From positions 3,200,001 to 3,264,000 of the forward strand of contig CBDBGH010000003.1 in NCBI GenBank assembly GCA_965205265.1: a stretch of 64,000 bases of DNA. Direction: 5' to 3'. A program made the translations under genes and the position numbers. The stretch is from Alphaproteobacteria bacterium (lineage in GTDB: Bacteria > Pseudomonadota > Alphaproteobacteria > Bin95). Every line of letters begins with the position of its first letter. The first letter of the stretch is position 1. Below, piece after piece: positions 54,255 to 64,000 of the stretch. The notes under the pieces are model-generated. The model ran no database searches. It saw only the letters and a program-made list of their open reading frames with translations, and was not told the origin of the DNA.

Positions 54255-55212
54255 TTGAAACGACCTACCGGCAGGCGGTTTCGCCTGCGCGCTGGGGTCG
54301 CCCCCCGCGCGGGGGGCGCGGATTGAAACAGGACCTCCGTCGTCACGTCCTCCCAGAGGTCGAGTCGCCCCCCGCGCGGGGGGCGCGGATTGAAACTTGC
54401 GACGAGAATGCACTTGACGCGCCAGGCCGGGTCGCCCCCCGCGCGGGGGGCGCGGATTGAAACTACCTGATCCAGCATGCCGCTGCCGCCGACATCACGT
54501 CGCCCCCCGCGCGGGGGGCGCGGATTGAAACCGGCGCGGGCTGGCGCGGTGGGCGGTCGATAGCCAGGTCGCCCCCCGCGCGGGGGGCGCGGATTGAAAC
54601 AGCTTCCAGCGCGACGCCGTCGATCAGGTCATGGGTCGCCCCCCGCGCGGGGGGCGCGGATTGAAACGTTCCTCTCGATACCGAGAGCCACTTCGCGATC
54701 GTCGCCCCCCGCGCGGGGGGCGCGGATTGAAACACCTGCACACGCCGAAAGCCCGGAACGGCGCCGAGTCGCCCCCCGCGCGGGGGGCGCGGATTGAAAC
54801 TACGACCTCTGCGTGGCAGCGGTAGCGGGCTGCCGTCGCCCCCCGCGCGGGGGGCGCGGATTGAAACCGTCACCCAGAGCCATTTGCGATGCAGCTTCGC
54901 CGTCGCCCCCCGCGCGGGGGGCGCGGATTGAAACACCCTGCCCTCCGCCGCATTCTCGCCGCAATCCTGTCGCCCCCGCACGATGGCTTGGCGGCGCCGA
55001 ACGCGAGTTCCGCACGCGCATCGAAGGCCGTGACGACAACCGAAGCCGGAACTCCCGCAGGACTCTCTGACAGGCATGCGTCATTCACCGCTTCGGCGAC
55101 TGCGGTTCGCGGCGCCCCCGCGAGCCGGAGATTTCGTGCAGGACCGCCCCCCCGATATCTCCTGGCGCGAAAGGCGGCGGCGCCATGCGGCAGACTCTCC
55201 CTTCCGGGTTGC

Positions 55213-55680
55213 TCAGTCCCGCACGAGCGCCGCCTGTATGCGGAAGAACTCCTCGATCTCGCTGGAGACGTGGATCCGTTCGGACAGGAGGGTGCCGTGG
55301 GCGATCCGGTTGCGGACGTTGTAGAACTGCATCGCCCGCCTCCATTCGCCGCTGCCCCGTTCGAGAACCAGCGTCAGGCGGTTCTCGAAGCCGAGGCCCG
55401 AGAGTCGGCGGTCGTCCGGGTTGTACAGCGACCAGGCCCGGCGCTCCCGCCAGCCGCCATGCGCCTGTCCATGCCGGATGGCGTCCCGGCAGGCCTCGTC
55501 GATGTCCGCCTCCAGCTGGCCCCAGGCCAGCACGAAATACGCCTGGTCGTTGATCTCCTGCTCGCGCGCGACGCGGTCGCGCTCCCCGGTCTCGCCGGCC
55601 GCGTCGTGCCGCATGCGCAGATCCTTGAGAAAACCGTCGATCCGTTCGTACGACCCCGCGATGGCAAGAAGGCCGCTCAC
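55213..55680 (-). CDS. Hypothetical protein with HEPN-like RxxxxH motif
   Basis: Helical-looking 155-aa protein with YFVLAWGQLE and RNRIAHG near the C-terminus. Confidence 0.65.
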   Translation of the reverse strand: MSGLLAIAGSYERIDGFLKDLRMRHDAAGETGERDRVAREQEINDQAYFVLAWGQLEADIDEACRDAIRHGQAHGGWRERRAWSLYNPDDRRLSGLGFENRLTLVLERGSGEWRRAMQFYNVRNRIAHGTLLSERIHVSSEIEEFFRIQAALVRD

Positions 55681-56114
55681 TGGAGGATTCGTCTCAGCCA
55701 GTCCGGAGTCACCGTCTCGCGATCACGCCAACTTCCGGCAGGCGCCGCCTGCCAGTCTGGCGCCTCGAAATTCTCGGCGGCATCGACGATGAGATACGGC
55801 CGGCCGCCGCGCTCCACATCGACCCGGCCATTGTTGCCGATGATCCACAGTGCATCCGGCTTGAGCCTGACCACCTCGCCGGTCCGCCCGTGGAGTTCGA
55901 GCGTGGGCATCCGCCTCGCCGCGATGCCGAATTCACGCATCATCTTCTCGTGCATGAGCACGGGGGCGCCCCGGCGGGCCTCCCAGCCGTCCGGCAGCCA
56001 TTCGCCGATCATTCCATAGAGGCCGTTCAGACGCGCCTCCCAGTCCTCGACCCGCCGCGTCACATGCCTCGCGTCGATGGCGTCGCTGGTGACTTCGTCG
56101 AGAACCGTGTTCAT
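55677..56114 (-). CDS. Hypothetical protein
   Basis: 145-aa ORF after a purine-rich RBS; its stop overlaps the start of the next gene by 4 bp. Confidence 0.7.
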   Translation of the reverse strand: MNTVLDEVTSDAIDARHVTRRVEDWEARLNGLYGMIGEWLPDGWEARRGAPVLMHEKMMREFGIAARRMPTLELHGRTGEVVRLKPDALWIIGNNGRVDVERGGRPYLIVDAAENFEAPDWQAAPAGSWRDRETVTPDWLRRILQ

Positions 56115-56447
56115 CGAACCCTTCCCTGTCGCCATCCGCCTGCCGGTCGAGCCATCGGCCATTGGCGCGGCAACACGCCCGAACTCACCATACGGACAGC
56201 CGCAGAGCGTTTCAACGATGCCGAACCGATGGCGGTTCCAGGCGCTGGCATGACCGTTGTCGGCGACGATGGCCCGGGGCGCGACGTCGGGCGCCTGAAC
56301 CGATCCGTCCGCACGGCTCGCCAACTCATCGCTTCCCGGTCCGGACCGCCGGGCGTGGACAGCGTTCCCCGGGCGGGCCTTCGCCGACAGTTTCTGCCAC
56401 AGGACAAGCCCTGGAACGCCCCTCCGCACGCTTCTGGCAGCAACCGC

Positions 56448-59366
56448 TCACAGTCCCATCTCGCGATCGACGACCTTCGGCGCGCGGGACGGCTCCCTTG
56501 CGGGTTCCGGCGTCAGCTCCCGCGCCGGCTCCCGCGCGGCTTCGGGGACCGCCGGCCCGCGTCCGCCGCGCGCCTTCTCCGCCTCGCCCCCGAGCGCTTC
56601 GAGGGCGGCGATGCGCTCGCCGGTGGCGGCCTCGATCCGTTCCTTCAGCGCCGCCCTGTCGTCGGTGACCAGTTCGGCGCTGTCGCGCGCGCGGGAGATT
56701 TCCACGTAGAAGCTCTTGAGCGTGGTCAGGTGCGGGTGCCCTGCTTCCATGGCGGCGATGACGCGGTCGACGGTGCGGCCCTGGAAGGCATGCACGGTGG
56801 CGGCCCAGGCGCGGTCGATGTGGCGCAGCTGCGGGTCGCCCTGGCGCAGGTCGAGCCGGCGCCCGTCCTCGAGGCGGAAGGCGACCCTGCCGCCGCGCAC
56901 TGACGCGACCTCGGCGGTGCCGCTGTTGAGCAGGCCGAGGCCCGTGTCGTTGCGGGTCCAGCGGATGCGGTCGCCGGCGCGCAGTTCGATCCCTTCGCTG
57001 CGGTAGACCTCGACGCCCCCGGCGCGGGCGGCGAGCCGGTTCGGGTCCCAGGCGACCGGCCTGCCGCCGGCGCCCTCCAGGTTCACGGTCGCGGATGCGT
57101 GATCGACCCCGAGCACGCGCAGTTCGTCGCCCTTCTCCACCCCGAGGCGTCTGTAGGGGCGGTGGAACGCGACGATGTCGCCGGGGCTGTAGTTCGCGGC
57201 GAGGGTCTTCTCCGCATTGGTCCAGCCGCGCGAGACCAGCCGTTCCTCCGTCATCGCGGGACCGTGCACGGCCCCCTCGCGCACCAGGCGCTCGCGGACG
57301 ATGCCGTTGATCGCCTCGCGCAGGTCGTGGCTGGGCGCCATCAGCCCCGTCCTGTCGCGCTCTTCCGGCGACAGCACGAGCCAGCGCGCGGCCGCCGCGC
57401 CCGCGAGATTGTCCGGCTTCGCCTCGGCCACGTTCTCCCCGAGCTTCGAGAACGCCCGCGCGACATCGCCGGCGATGCTGGCCTCGACGGCCTCCTTCAG
57501 CGCCGGGTCGCGCTGGCGCAGGATCTCGTCCATGACCGCGGTCTTCATGCCCGCCTGCTGCAACTGGGCGAAGGGCCTGCCGGCGTCAACCGCGTCGAGC
57601 TGCTTCGCATCGCCCACCAGCACCACCCGGGGAATGCGCAGGCTGTGGGCGATCCGGAGCAGGTCGCGGGTCTGGACGGTGGAGGCGAAGGAGCCTTCGT
57701 CCACGACCAGCACGGTCCTCCGCCAGGCGGCGCGCATGGCCCGCTCGCCCCTGCGGGTCATGCGGCCTTCGGCGACGCCGACGTTGCGGGCAAGGAACCT
57801 CTGGAGGGTCTCGGACCCGATTCCGGCCTCGGCTTCGAGGGTGCGGGCGGCCGAGGCCGAGGGGGCGAGGCCCTTCACCGCGTAGCCCCTCTTCTTCAGG
57901 AGCGCGCGGACGCGGCTCAGCATGGCAGTCTTGCCGGACCCGGCGTAGCCCTGGACGCCGACGGTGCGGTCCCTCTCCGACAGGATGAGCTTCACCGCCG
58001 CCTTCTGGCCGGCGGTGAGCGGTCCGTTGCGCAGGGCCTTGTCGACGGCGCGGGCGCGCATCGGCGCGGCGCCGCGTCCCGCGCCGGCGCGCATGAGGGC
58101 GATCGTCTCCCGCTCGTCGGCGACGGCGCGGTCGGTGGTGAGCAGCCCGTCCATGCCCGGCATGCGGGCGGGAAGCAGGGTTCCGGCCGCCTCGCGGGCG
58201 GCGATGTCGCGTTCGATGGCGCCGATCGCCGCGGCGCCCGGGTTCCATGCGAGGGCGGCGGCGAGCAGATCGGTGCGGGCGAACACCGCCTCGCGCTCCG
58301 AGAGATGCGCGACCGCCCAGGAGACCGCCTCCGCCGCAGGGGCAGCGTTTTCCATCGCCGGAGAGGCATCGCGTCCGGCCAGCGCGGCCCCGCCGCCGTT
58401 CTCCCGCCCGGTCTCGCGGCCGGTCTCCCTCCCGGCCGCCCTGGACGCCGCTTCGGCCACGAGTGCCGGCGCATCGAAGCCGAGTTCCGCCGCCTGCCCG
58501 AGCCAGCTCGCCCTCAGCGCGGTGCGGTCGACATCGCGCTTGGCGGCGCGGGTGAACAGCGCCGCGCGCTGGGCCATGCGCGGGTTCTCCGCCGTTCCGT
58601 TCAGCCCGCGCCCGGCCAGCGCGGCCTCGATCTCGGCGCGCCGGGTCGAGAAGGCATCGATCACGTCGCGGGAGACGCCGGCGATCTCGAAGCGCCCGTC
58701 GGCATGGGTCTTCCCGATGCCGTATCCGAGCTTCGCGAGCGCCGCCGCGAGTTCGTTGCGGTAGAGGGCGCCGAGCAGCATCTTGGAAGCGTAGAGCTTC
58801 TCGTTGGCCATGGTCCGCCATTTGCCGTCGGGACCCTGCAGCATGTTGGCGATCACCGCATGGGTGTGGAGCGCCGGATCGAGGTTCCGCGAGGCGTCGT
58901 GCCTGAAGGTGGCGATCACCGCCTTCTGGCCGCCGGCGCGGACCATGCGGCCGGTGGCGGGATCGCGCATGCGGGTCTCCGCCGCATGGCGCTCGAACCG
59001 GTCGAGGGCGCGCCCGACGGCGCGGTCGTGGGCCTCGACGACGCGCGCGTCGCCGCCCACGAGGGCGGCGAGCGAGACCGACTTCGGCGCGCTGAAGGTG
59101 AGGTCGCGGCCGGGACGGTGCTGGAACGCGCCGTCCTTGCCCACCCGGCCCAGCCGCTTGCCGGAGCCGTCCGGGATGCGGCCTTCGAGAACCGCGCGGA
59201 ACGCCTCCGGATCGACCGGGCCTTCGAGGCCGAGCGCCTCCGCGCCCCGGCCCGCCCAGGCACTGGCCTGCCGGTGGTCGGGCGAATCCTTCGCGTAATA
59301 GCCGTCCCTTTCGTAGTAGCTCGCCCCCTGGGCGGGCGCGGCGACGGCGCCGATCGAGGCGACCAC
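56448..59366 (-). CDS. traI: MOBF conjugative relaxase-helicase (TrwC/TraI)
   Basis: SYY..DGYY, DLTFSAPKSVS, HDASR..DPALHTH HUH motif, FSTRR, QGYAGSGKT, ATVHAFQG. Confidence 0.95.
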   Translation of the reverse strand: MVASIGAVAAPAQGASYYERDGYYAKDSPDHRQASAWAGRGAEALGLEGPVDPEAFRAVLEGRIPDGSGKRLGRVGKDGAFQHRPGRDLTFSAPKSVSLAALVGGDARVVEAHDRAVGRALDRFERHAAETRMRDPATGRMVRAGGQKAVIATFRHDASRNLDPALHTHAVIANMLQGPDGKWRTMANEKLYASKMLLGALYRNELAAALAKLGYGIGKTHADGRFEIAGVSRDVIDAFSTRRAEIEAALAGRGLNGTAENPRMAQRAALFTRAAKRDVDRTALRASWLGQAAELGFDAPALVAEAASRAAGRETGRETGRENGGGAALAGRDASPAMENAAPAAEAVSWAVAHLSEREAVFARTDLLAAALAWNPGAAAIGAIERDIAAREAAGTLLPARMPGMDGLLTTDRAVADERETIALMRAGAGRGAAPMRARAVDKALRNGPLTAGQKAAVKLILSERDRTVGVQGYAGSGKTAMLSRVRALLKKRGYAVKGLAPSASAARTLEAEAGIGSETLQRFLARNVGVAEGRMTRRGERAMRAAWRRTVLVVDEGSFASTVQTRDLLRIAHSLRIPRVVLVGDAKQLDAVDAGRPFAQLQQAGMKTAVMDEILRQRDPALKEAVEASIAGDVARAFSKLGENVAEAKPDNLAGAAAARWLVLSPEERDRTGLMAPSHDLREAINGIVRERLVREGAVHGPAMTEERLVSRGWTNAEKTLAANYSPGDIVAFHRPYRRLGVEKGDELRVLGVDHASATVNLEGAGGRPVAWDPNRLAARAGGVEVYRSEGIELRAGDRIRWTRNDTGLGLLNSGTAEVASVRGGRVAFRLEDGRRLDLRQGDPQLRHIDRAWAATVHAFQGRTVDRVIAAMEAGHPHLTTLKSFYVEISRARDSAELVTDDRAALKERIEAATGERIAALEALGGEAEKARGGRGPAVPEAAREPARELTPEPAREPSRAPKVVDREMGL

Positions 59367-59367
59367 G

Positions 59368-61455
59368 TCAGAGGCGCCGCATCGGGCGGAAGTTTCCGGC
59401 TCCGGTGCTGCCTTCGCCGGTCGCCGCCTCCCCTGCTTCGGCGCTCTTCGCGGACGAGGAGTCGGCGTCCATGCTCGCGCCGGCCCTCCCGACCCCTTCC
59501 TTCCCGCGCTGTCCGCCGTCCGCGCCGGCCTTGGCTCCGCCGTCCCGTTCCGCGGCCTGCGGGCCGTCGGAGTCCGGCTTTCCGGCGTCCTTTTCCGCCG
59601 TCGTCCGTTCCGGCGGCATGAGCGCGAGCTTGCCCTGCGGGCCGCCGTCCCCGGTTTCCGGCCCTGCCGCTTCCGGCTGCGGCCGGGCGGCCTCCGCCGG
59701 GGCCGTCTCCCTCGGCACGAACCGCTCGGCCGCCTTGGCCCGGTCGACGTATTTCAGGCGGATGGGCGCGACCGGCAGCGGTCCGGGGAAGCGGAGCCAG
59801 CCCGAGAGGCTTTCGAGCTGCATGATCTCGGAGGCGAGCGCCAGCGGGCGCAGTTCGCGCTTCGGGGTGAGCGAGACGCCGTCGCGGATGGTGTTGGCGC
59901 CGTAGGAGAAGCCTTCCGCGACCTCCTCGACCTCGCTGCGCCCGAGGCTGTCGGCCGACCACTGGGCGGTGTCGCGGTCGGGCGCGGCGAGCACCGCGCG
60001 GGTGCCGCAGAGGCCGGAGATGGTCTCGGCGCCGTTGCGCCCGTAGAGGTCGCGCAGGGCGGAGACGACCTGGATGCCGAGCACGAAGCAGCCGCCGAAC
60101 TGGCGGCTCTCGGCGAGGCCGGGCTGCAGGCTCGGCACCTGGTGCAGGGTGGGGAGTTCGTCGAGCACGACCCAGATGCGCCGGTCGTCCCGCTGCTCCA
60201 GCGAGAGCATGGCGTTGACCGCGATCTCCAGCCAGGTCGAGATGAGGCCGCGCAGGGACGCGTGCTGGTCGCCGCGCGAGGTCAGGAACAGGAACCCGCC
60301 GCCCCCGCCGCCGGCCTCGTCCGAGACCCAGTCGCGGATCGAGAACGGGGGTCCGGTATCGGGGAGGTATTCCAGGGCGCCGATGTTGGCGGTGAGCATG
60401 GCGCGGACCGAGAGCGCGGTCTTCGGATTGTCGGGATCGACGATGGATTGCGCCACCGTGCCCTCCATGGCCTGCGCCAGGGCCGTGAGGTCGGTCTTGA
60501 GCAGGTGGTCGACCAGCACCCGGTTCTCGGTGACGCCCCTCTCGCGGAGCACGCCGGCGCCGTTGGCGAACAGCTGCCGTGCGGCGGTGACCCAGAAGGG
60601 ATCGACCGTGTCCTTCTGCTGGGGGATGAGGGCGGCGGCCATGGTGTCGAAGTCGCGGGGACTGCGGGCCTCGTGGAAGGGCGACCAGCGCGGCGCCCTT
60701 GCGTCGAGGGGATTGAGCAGGATGTCGCGGGCGGGATCGAAGAAGGCGCGGGTGTAGCTTCCCATCTTGTCGTAGATGACGCAGCGCTCGCCGCGGGCGC
60801 GGATCTGGGCGACGAGATCGGAGATCAGCACGGTCTTGCCCGACCCGGTGGTGCCGGAGACGATGGTGTGGCGGGTCTCGGCGCGTTCGGGCCAGGGGAT
60901 GCCGGCGATGCGGCAGGGCGGCGGGGCCGCCCTGGCCGAGACGAGCGCGAATGCGCGGCGATGAAGCGGGCGGATGCGCCATCGCAGCTGGCGCGCGGTC
61001 GCGAGTTCCGCGCCCCGGATGCGGCGCCGGGCTTCCAGTTGCCGGCCGCGGATCCGGAAGAGGACGAGGAAGAGCGCCATCGCGGCCGCCGCCGCCTTGG
61101 CGCCGAGGATGGCGCCGGCGAACACCACCTCCTTGAGCTTCGCGCGCATGGCGCGGGCCCGGGGCGCGGCGGCGATGTCGGGGAGGGCGGAGACCACGGT
61201 GCTGCCGTCGGGCTGGCGCACCTCCTGGCGGGAGGTGCGCTTGTAGCCGATGCCGAGCTTGGCCTCGGCGACGGTGACCATGGCGGCGGCGTACCATTCG
61301 TAGCCGGTGGTGCGCTCCCACACGAACCAGGCGGGAACGGCGACGACGGAGAAGGCGGCCAGGAAGGCGCCCGCGCGCAGCAGCTGGCCCCACATGCGCA
61401 GGCCGTGGAAGACGGTCTGGCCGCCCCGCAGCGTGCTCGATCCGACGGCTCTCAT
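59368..61455 (-). CDS. traD: Type IV coupling protein TraD
   Basis: RGGQ N-terminus, GTTGSGKT, IYDKMG, LNPLDAR, LDELPTL, RQFGGC. Confidence 0.95.
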   Translation of the reverse strand: MRAVGSSTLRGGQTVFHGLRMWGQLLRAGAFLAAFSVVAVPAWFVWERTTGYEWYAAAMVTVAEAKLGIGYKRTSRQEVRQPDGSTVVSALPDIAAAPRARAMRAKLKEVVFAGAILGAKAAAAAMALFLVLFRIRGRQLEARRRIRGAELATARQLRWRIRPLHRRAFALVSARAAPPPCRIAGIPWPERAETRHTIVSGTTGSGKTVLISDLVAQIRARGERCVIYDKMGSYTRAFFDPARDILLNPLDARAPRWSPFHEARSPRDFDTMAAALIPQQKDTVDPFWVTAARQLFANGAGVLRERGVTENRVLVDHLLKTDLTALAQAMEGTVAQSIVDPDNPKTALSVRAMLTANIGALEYLPDTGPPFSIRDWVSDEAGGGGGGFLFLTSRGDQHASLRGLISTWLEIAVNAMLSLEQRDDRRIWVVLDELPTLHQVPSLQPGLAESRQFGGCFVLGIQVVSALRDLYGRNGAETISGLCGTRAVLAAPDRDTAQWSADSLGRSEVEEVAEGFSYGANTIRDGVSLTPKRELRPLALASEIMQLESLSGWLRFPGPLPVAPIRLKYVDRAKAAERFVPRETAPAEAARPQPEAAGPETGDGGPQGKLALMPPERTTAEKDAGKPDSDGPQAAERDGGAKAGADGGQRGKEGVGRAGASMDADSSSAKSAEAGEAATGEGSTGAGNFRPMRRL

Positions 61456-61604
61456 GGCCGGGGGTTCCCTTCGGTTGCAGGGGCAGGGGCGGTCCGCGCC
61501 GCGCGGAGGCGGAGCCGGGCGGCGGTCCGGAAGGGGCGGGCGCGGCCGGAGTGGGTCGCCGGCGACGCGTCCCGTCCCCCGCCCCTGCCCGGAAGGAAAC
61601 CGTC

Positions 61605-61967
61605 ATGCCGCGCCGTTCGATACCGTCCCCGAGCCAGCCGCCGCGGCCCCGCCGCGCCACCTGGCGTGAGCGCCTCGTCGTGCTCGGGCCCCTGGGCGTT
61701 GCGGCCCTCTGCACGGCGGTTACGGCCATCCTCGGGACCGGCATGGAGATCGCCGCGCCGCTCTGGCTGGCTGCCCTCACGTGGACCGTGCCGTCCTCGC
61801 TCGCCCTGGCGCTCCGGCGCGGCGTCGTCCTCAGCGACTGGAGCGCGTTCCGATACCGCGGCTGCGACCGCGCCCGCGACGATCTCCTCAGCTGGAGCAC
61901 GAAGACAGGGGCGTATGCGTATCTCCGCGTCGCCGAGGAACACGAACGCCTGATGCGCGGCGACTGA
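61605..61967 (+). CDS. Small membrane protein convergent on traG (entry-exclusion candidate)
   Basis: 120 aa with two hydrophobic segments; GGAAGGA RBS; ends 24 bp from the traG stop. Confidence 0.6.
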   Translation: MPRRSIPSPSQPPRPRRATWRERLVVLGPLGVAALCTAVTAILGTGMEIAAPLWLAALTWTVPSSLALALRRGVVLSDWSAFRYRGCDRARDDLLSWSTKTGAYAYLRVAEEHERLMRGD

Positions 61968-61990
61968 GGCCGGCCTCTCCGTCCCCGGCG

Positions 61991-64000
61991 TCACGGCGAG
62001 GAGGCTCCCCAGCCCGCCTGGCCCCCCGGCTCGCGGACCGGGGCAGGCGGACCCCGATCCGGGCTCCCGTCGGACGGCGGCCGCCTTCCGTCGTCGCCCG
62101 GCATGGCGTCGGGGGCGGCGTTCCGCGCGCTGCCGTAGAGCTTGCCGGCGAGCCAGTCGCCGACCACGGGCAGGTTCTCCGTGGCATGGCGCTCGAAGGA
62201 CTTCTCCGTCTCGACCGCCACCCCGGCGACGCCCCGTGAGACGTCGTCTCCCGTCACGGTCTGGCGCGCTTCGCGGGCGGCGCCCTTCATGATCAATTCG
62301 ATCTTCGTCTCGACCCGTTCGGCGCGAGCCGCGGCCTCCGCCTCGCCCGACGCCGGCGCGCCGGCTTGCCCCGCCCGGTCGCGCACGCCTTGCGCCCAGC
62401 CGCCATGGGCGGCGGCGGTCTCGCCGGCATGGGCGTCGCGCAGCCTGCCCGCCGCACCCTCGTAGTCGGCCGCGCCGCCGACAGTGGCGGGGTCCGGCCC
62501 GGCGGGCGCGGGATAGTGTTCGGCGATGAAGGCGGCGGCGTGCCCGCGCAGCGCCTCGGCGTCCTCCGGGGTCTGCGGCGAGGCGAGGCGCATGGCTTCG
62601 GCGGCGCCGACCGGGCGGCCGTCGAGGCCCGGGCGCTCCGCGAGCCAGGCGAAGAAGGGCTGGCCGAGTTCGCGTTCGATCGCCTGCGCGTCGCTGCGCA
62701 CCTGCGCCGCCTGTTCCGACCAGCTCTCGGATTCCTGGCGCGCCAGCGAGGCCCGCTCCTGGAACGACTGCATCCGCGTCAGGTTGGCCGACAGGCTCTC
62801 GTCGAGGCTGGCGAGTTCCGAGTCCCCCGTCTGCGTCGAATACCGCCTCGACGCCTCGGCCACGCGGCCCCAGGTCTCCGTCACCCCGTGCTGGCGGTCG
62901 TACTCCTTCACCCGGTTCCAGGCTTCGGCCTCGATGGTCTGGCCGCGCCACATCACCGAGCCGTCCGCCCGCGCCCTGACGATGAAATCCCAGCCGCCGC
63001 CGACGCTCGCCTGGCCGGTCAGCACCGCCGCCTGGTCGCGCGTGATGCCGGCCGCCTCCGACATCCTCTCGACATGCGACTCCAGCGCCTGCGCCTGGCT
63101 GCTCTCGCTCTCGGTGACTCCGCGGGCGAAGGCCTCGCCGGTGCTGACGTCATGGCTGTAGCGCTCGATCATGGCGGTGGCGTCGGTGACGGCGGCGTTG
63201 CGCGCCTGGCCCGCCTCGGCCGACCAGTGGCGCGACAGGCCGCGGGCCTGCGCGGCGCGGGTCTCGTGGCTCGTCGCAAGGGATTCCGACAACCGCACGC
63301 TCGCCGCCGGGATGCGGCTGGTGGCGGCCCCGGCATCGGCGACCACCGACCCGTCGCCGGTCACGGTCATCGCCGCCCCGGCGGGCGCATAGCCGGTGTA
63401 GCGGCCGGTATCGACATGGGGCGAGGTGCGGATCTGGCGCCCCTCCAGGGTGGCGAACCGGTGGGTGTCGTAGCCCGTGTTGGCGAGCGAGAGATTGCCG
63501 GTCGTGCCTTCGTGCGCGGCCGAGGACGCCGCGTCCTGGCCCACCGCCAGCACCGAGGTCGCGAGCACCGTCGCCTTGGAGAGGCCGTAGGCCAGGGCGG
63601 CCGCCAGGAACGGCACCGACATGGAGAGATAGCCCGACATCACCGCCACGTCGGCGGCGACCGCCCGGATGCCGGCCTGGGCGACCAGCGAGATGCCGAT
63701 GTCGCCGTCGGGCATGAGCGCGGTCACCGCCATGCGCTCGGCCGCCTCGCCCATGGCGATGCGGTGCAGCACCGCATAGAGCGGCCCCCAGGACTGGAGC
63801 CACACCAGCCCGGTCACATACGAGCGGAAGATCGCCGTCCCCGCCGGGGTCAGCATCAGCAGCACCGCCATCGGGAAGGCCCCGACATAGAGGCACTCGA
63901 AGACGATGCGGAGCAGCGGCACCCAGGTCTCGGCCTGGCGCCCGATGGCGCGGTAGGCCGAGACGGTCTGGGCCTCCGCCCTGGCCTCGGTATAGGCTCG
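61991..64000 (-). CDS. traG: F-type TraG mating-pair stabilisation protein, 5' end outside window
   Basis: WLQSWGPLYAVL and GYLSMSVPFLA TraG_N motifs followed by a Ser/Ala-rich C-terminal region. Confidence 0.88.
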   Translation of the reverse strand, partial: RAYTEARAEAQTVSAYRAIGRQAETWVPLLRIVFECLYVGAFPMAVLLMLTPAGTAIFRSYVTGLVWLQSWGPLYAVLHRIAMGEAAERMAVTALMPDGDIGISLVAQAGIRAVAADVAVMSGYLSMSVPFLAAALAYGLSKATVLATSVLAVGQDAASSAAHEGTTGNLSLANTGYDTHRFATLEGRQIRTSPHVDTGRYTGYAPAGAAMTVTGDGSVVADAGAATSRIPAASVRLSESLATSHETRAAQARGLSRHWSAEAGQARNAAVTDATAMIERYSHDVSTGEAFARGVTESESSQAQALESHVERMSEAAGITRDQAAVLTGQASVGGGWDFIVRARADGSVMWRGQTIEAEAWNRVKEYDRQHGVTETWGRVAEASRRYSTQTGDSELASLDESLSANLTRMQSFQERASLARQESESWSEQAAQVRSDAQAIERELGQPFFAWLAERPGLDGRPVGAAEAMRLASPQTPEDAEALRGHAAAFIAEHYPAPAGPDPATVGGAADYEGAAGRLRDAHAGETAAAHGGWAQGVRDRAGQAGAPASGEAEAAARAERVETKIELIMKGAAREARQTVTGDDVSRGVAGVAVETEKSFERHATENLPVVGDWLAGKLYGSARNAAPDAMPGDDGRRPPSDGSPDRGPPAPVREPGGQAGWGASSP

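Larger units (their letters stand above)
51047..54982 (+). CRISPR. Type I-C CRISPR array: 33 repeats (one split by IS1380), a degenerate terminal repeat and 33 spacers
   Basis: 33-bp repeat GTCGCCCCCCGCGCGGGGGGCGCGGATTGAAAC with 33-36-bp spacers, counted by hand; partial last repeat at 54969. Confidence 0.97.

Noticed and set aside
54262-54296. Spacer 23 partly matches the hairpin at 35740-35760 (AGGCGGTTTCGCCT)
   Set aside because: Only about 14 contiguous bp plus a gapped extension, too short for self-targeting. No full spacer match inside the window was seen by eye, but an alignment is still needed.
51011-55100. ORFs such as 51355-52437, 51689-52558 and 54463-55077 with repeating FNPRPPRGGR
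   Set aside because: They are translations of CRISPR repeats, not proteins.

Overview
High-GC window, most likely from an alphaproteobacterium (inferred from the dut-coaBC-ubiB-ubiE-mutM and phoR-pstSCAB-phoU-phoB gene sets). It has three zones. (1) 1-16 kb is a nested insertion-sequence hotspot (IS66, an IS5/IS1182-like DDE element, ISKra4, IS21) around an RTX protein and its type I secretion pair. (2) 16-44.5 kb is core/metabolic DNA with REP-like palindrome clusters, including an apparent non-autonomous element that duplicated 64 bp of a REP doublet, and an IS1634 copy with a 454-bp target duplication. (3) From about 44.6 kb to the end is an apparent island. It holds a disabled type I-C CRISPR-Cas locus (cas3, cas5, truncated cas8c; no cas7/4/1/2 or leader, with IS1634 at the junction), a 33-spacer array interrupted by IS1380, a two-gene module with a HEPN-like motif, and F-type conjugation genes (MOBF relaxase, traD, traG) with a candidate entry-exclusion gene. 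All calls come from reading the sequence by eye; no database searches were run.
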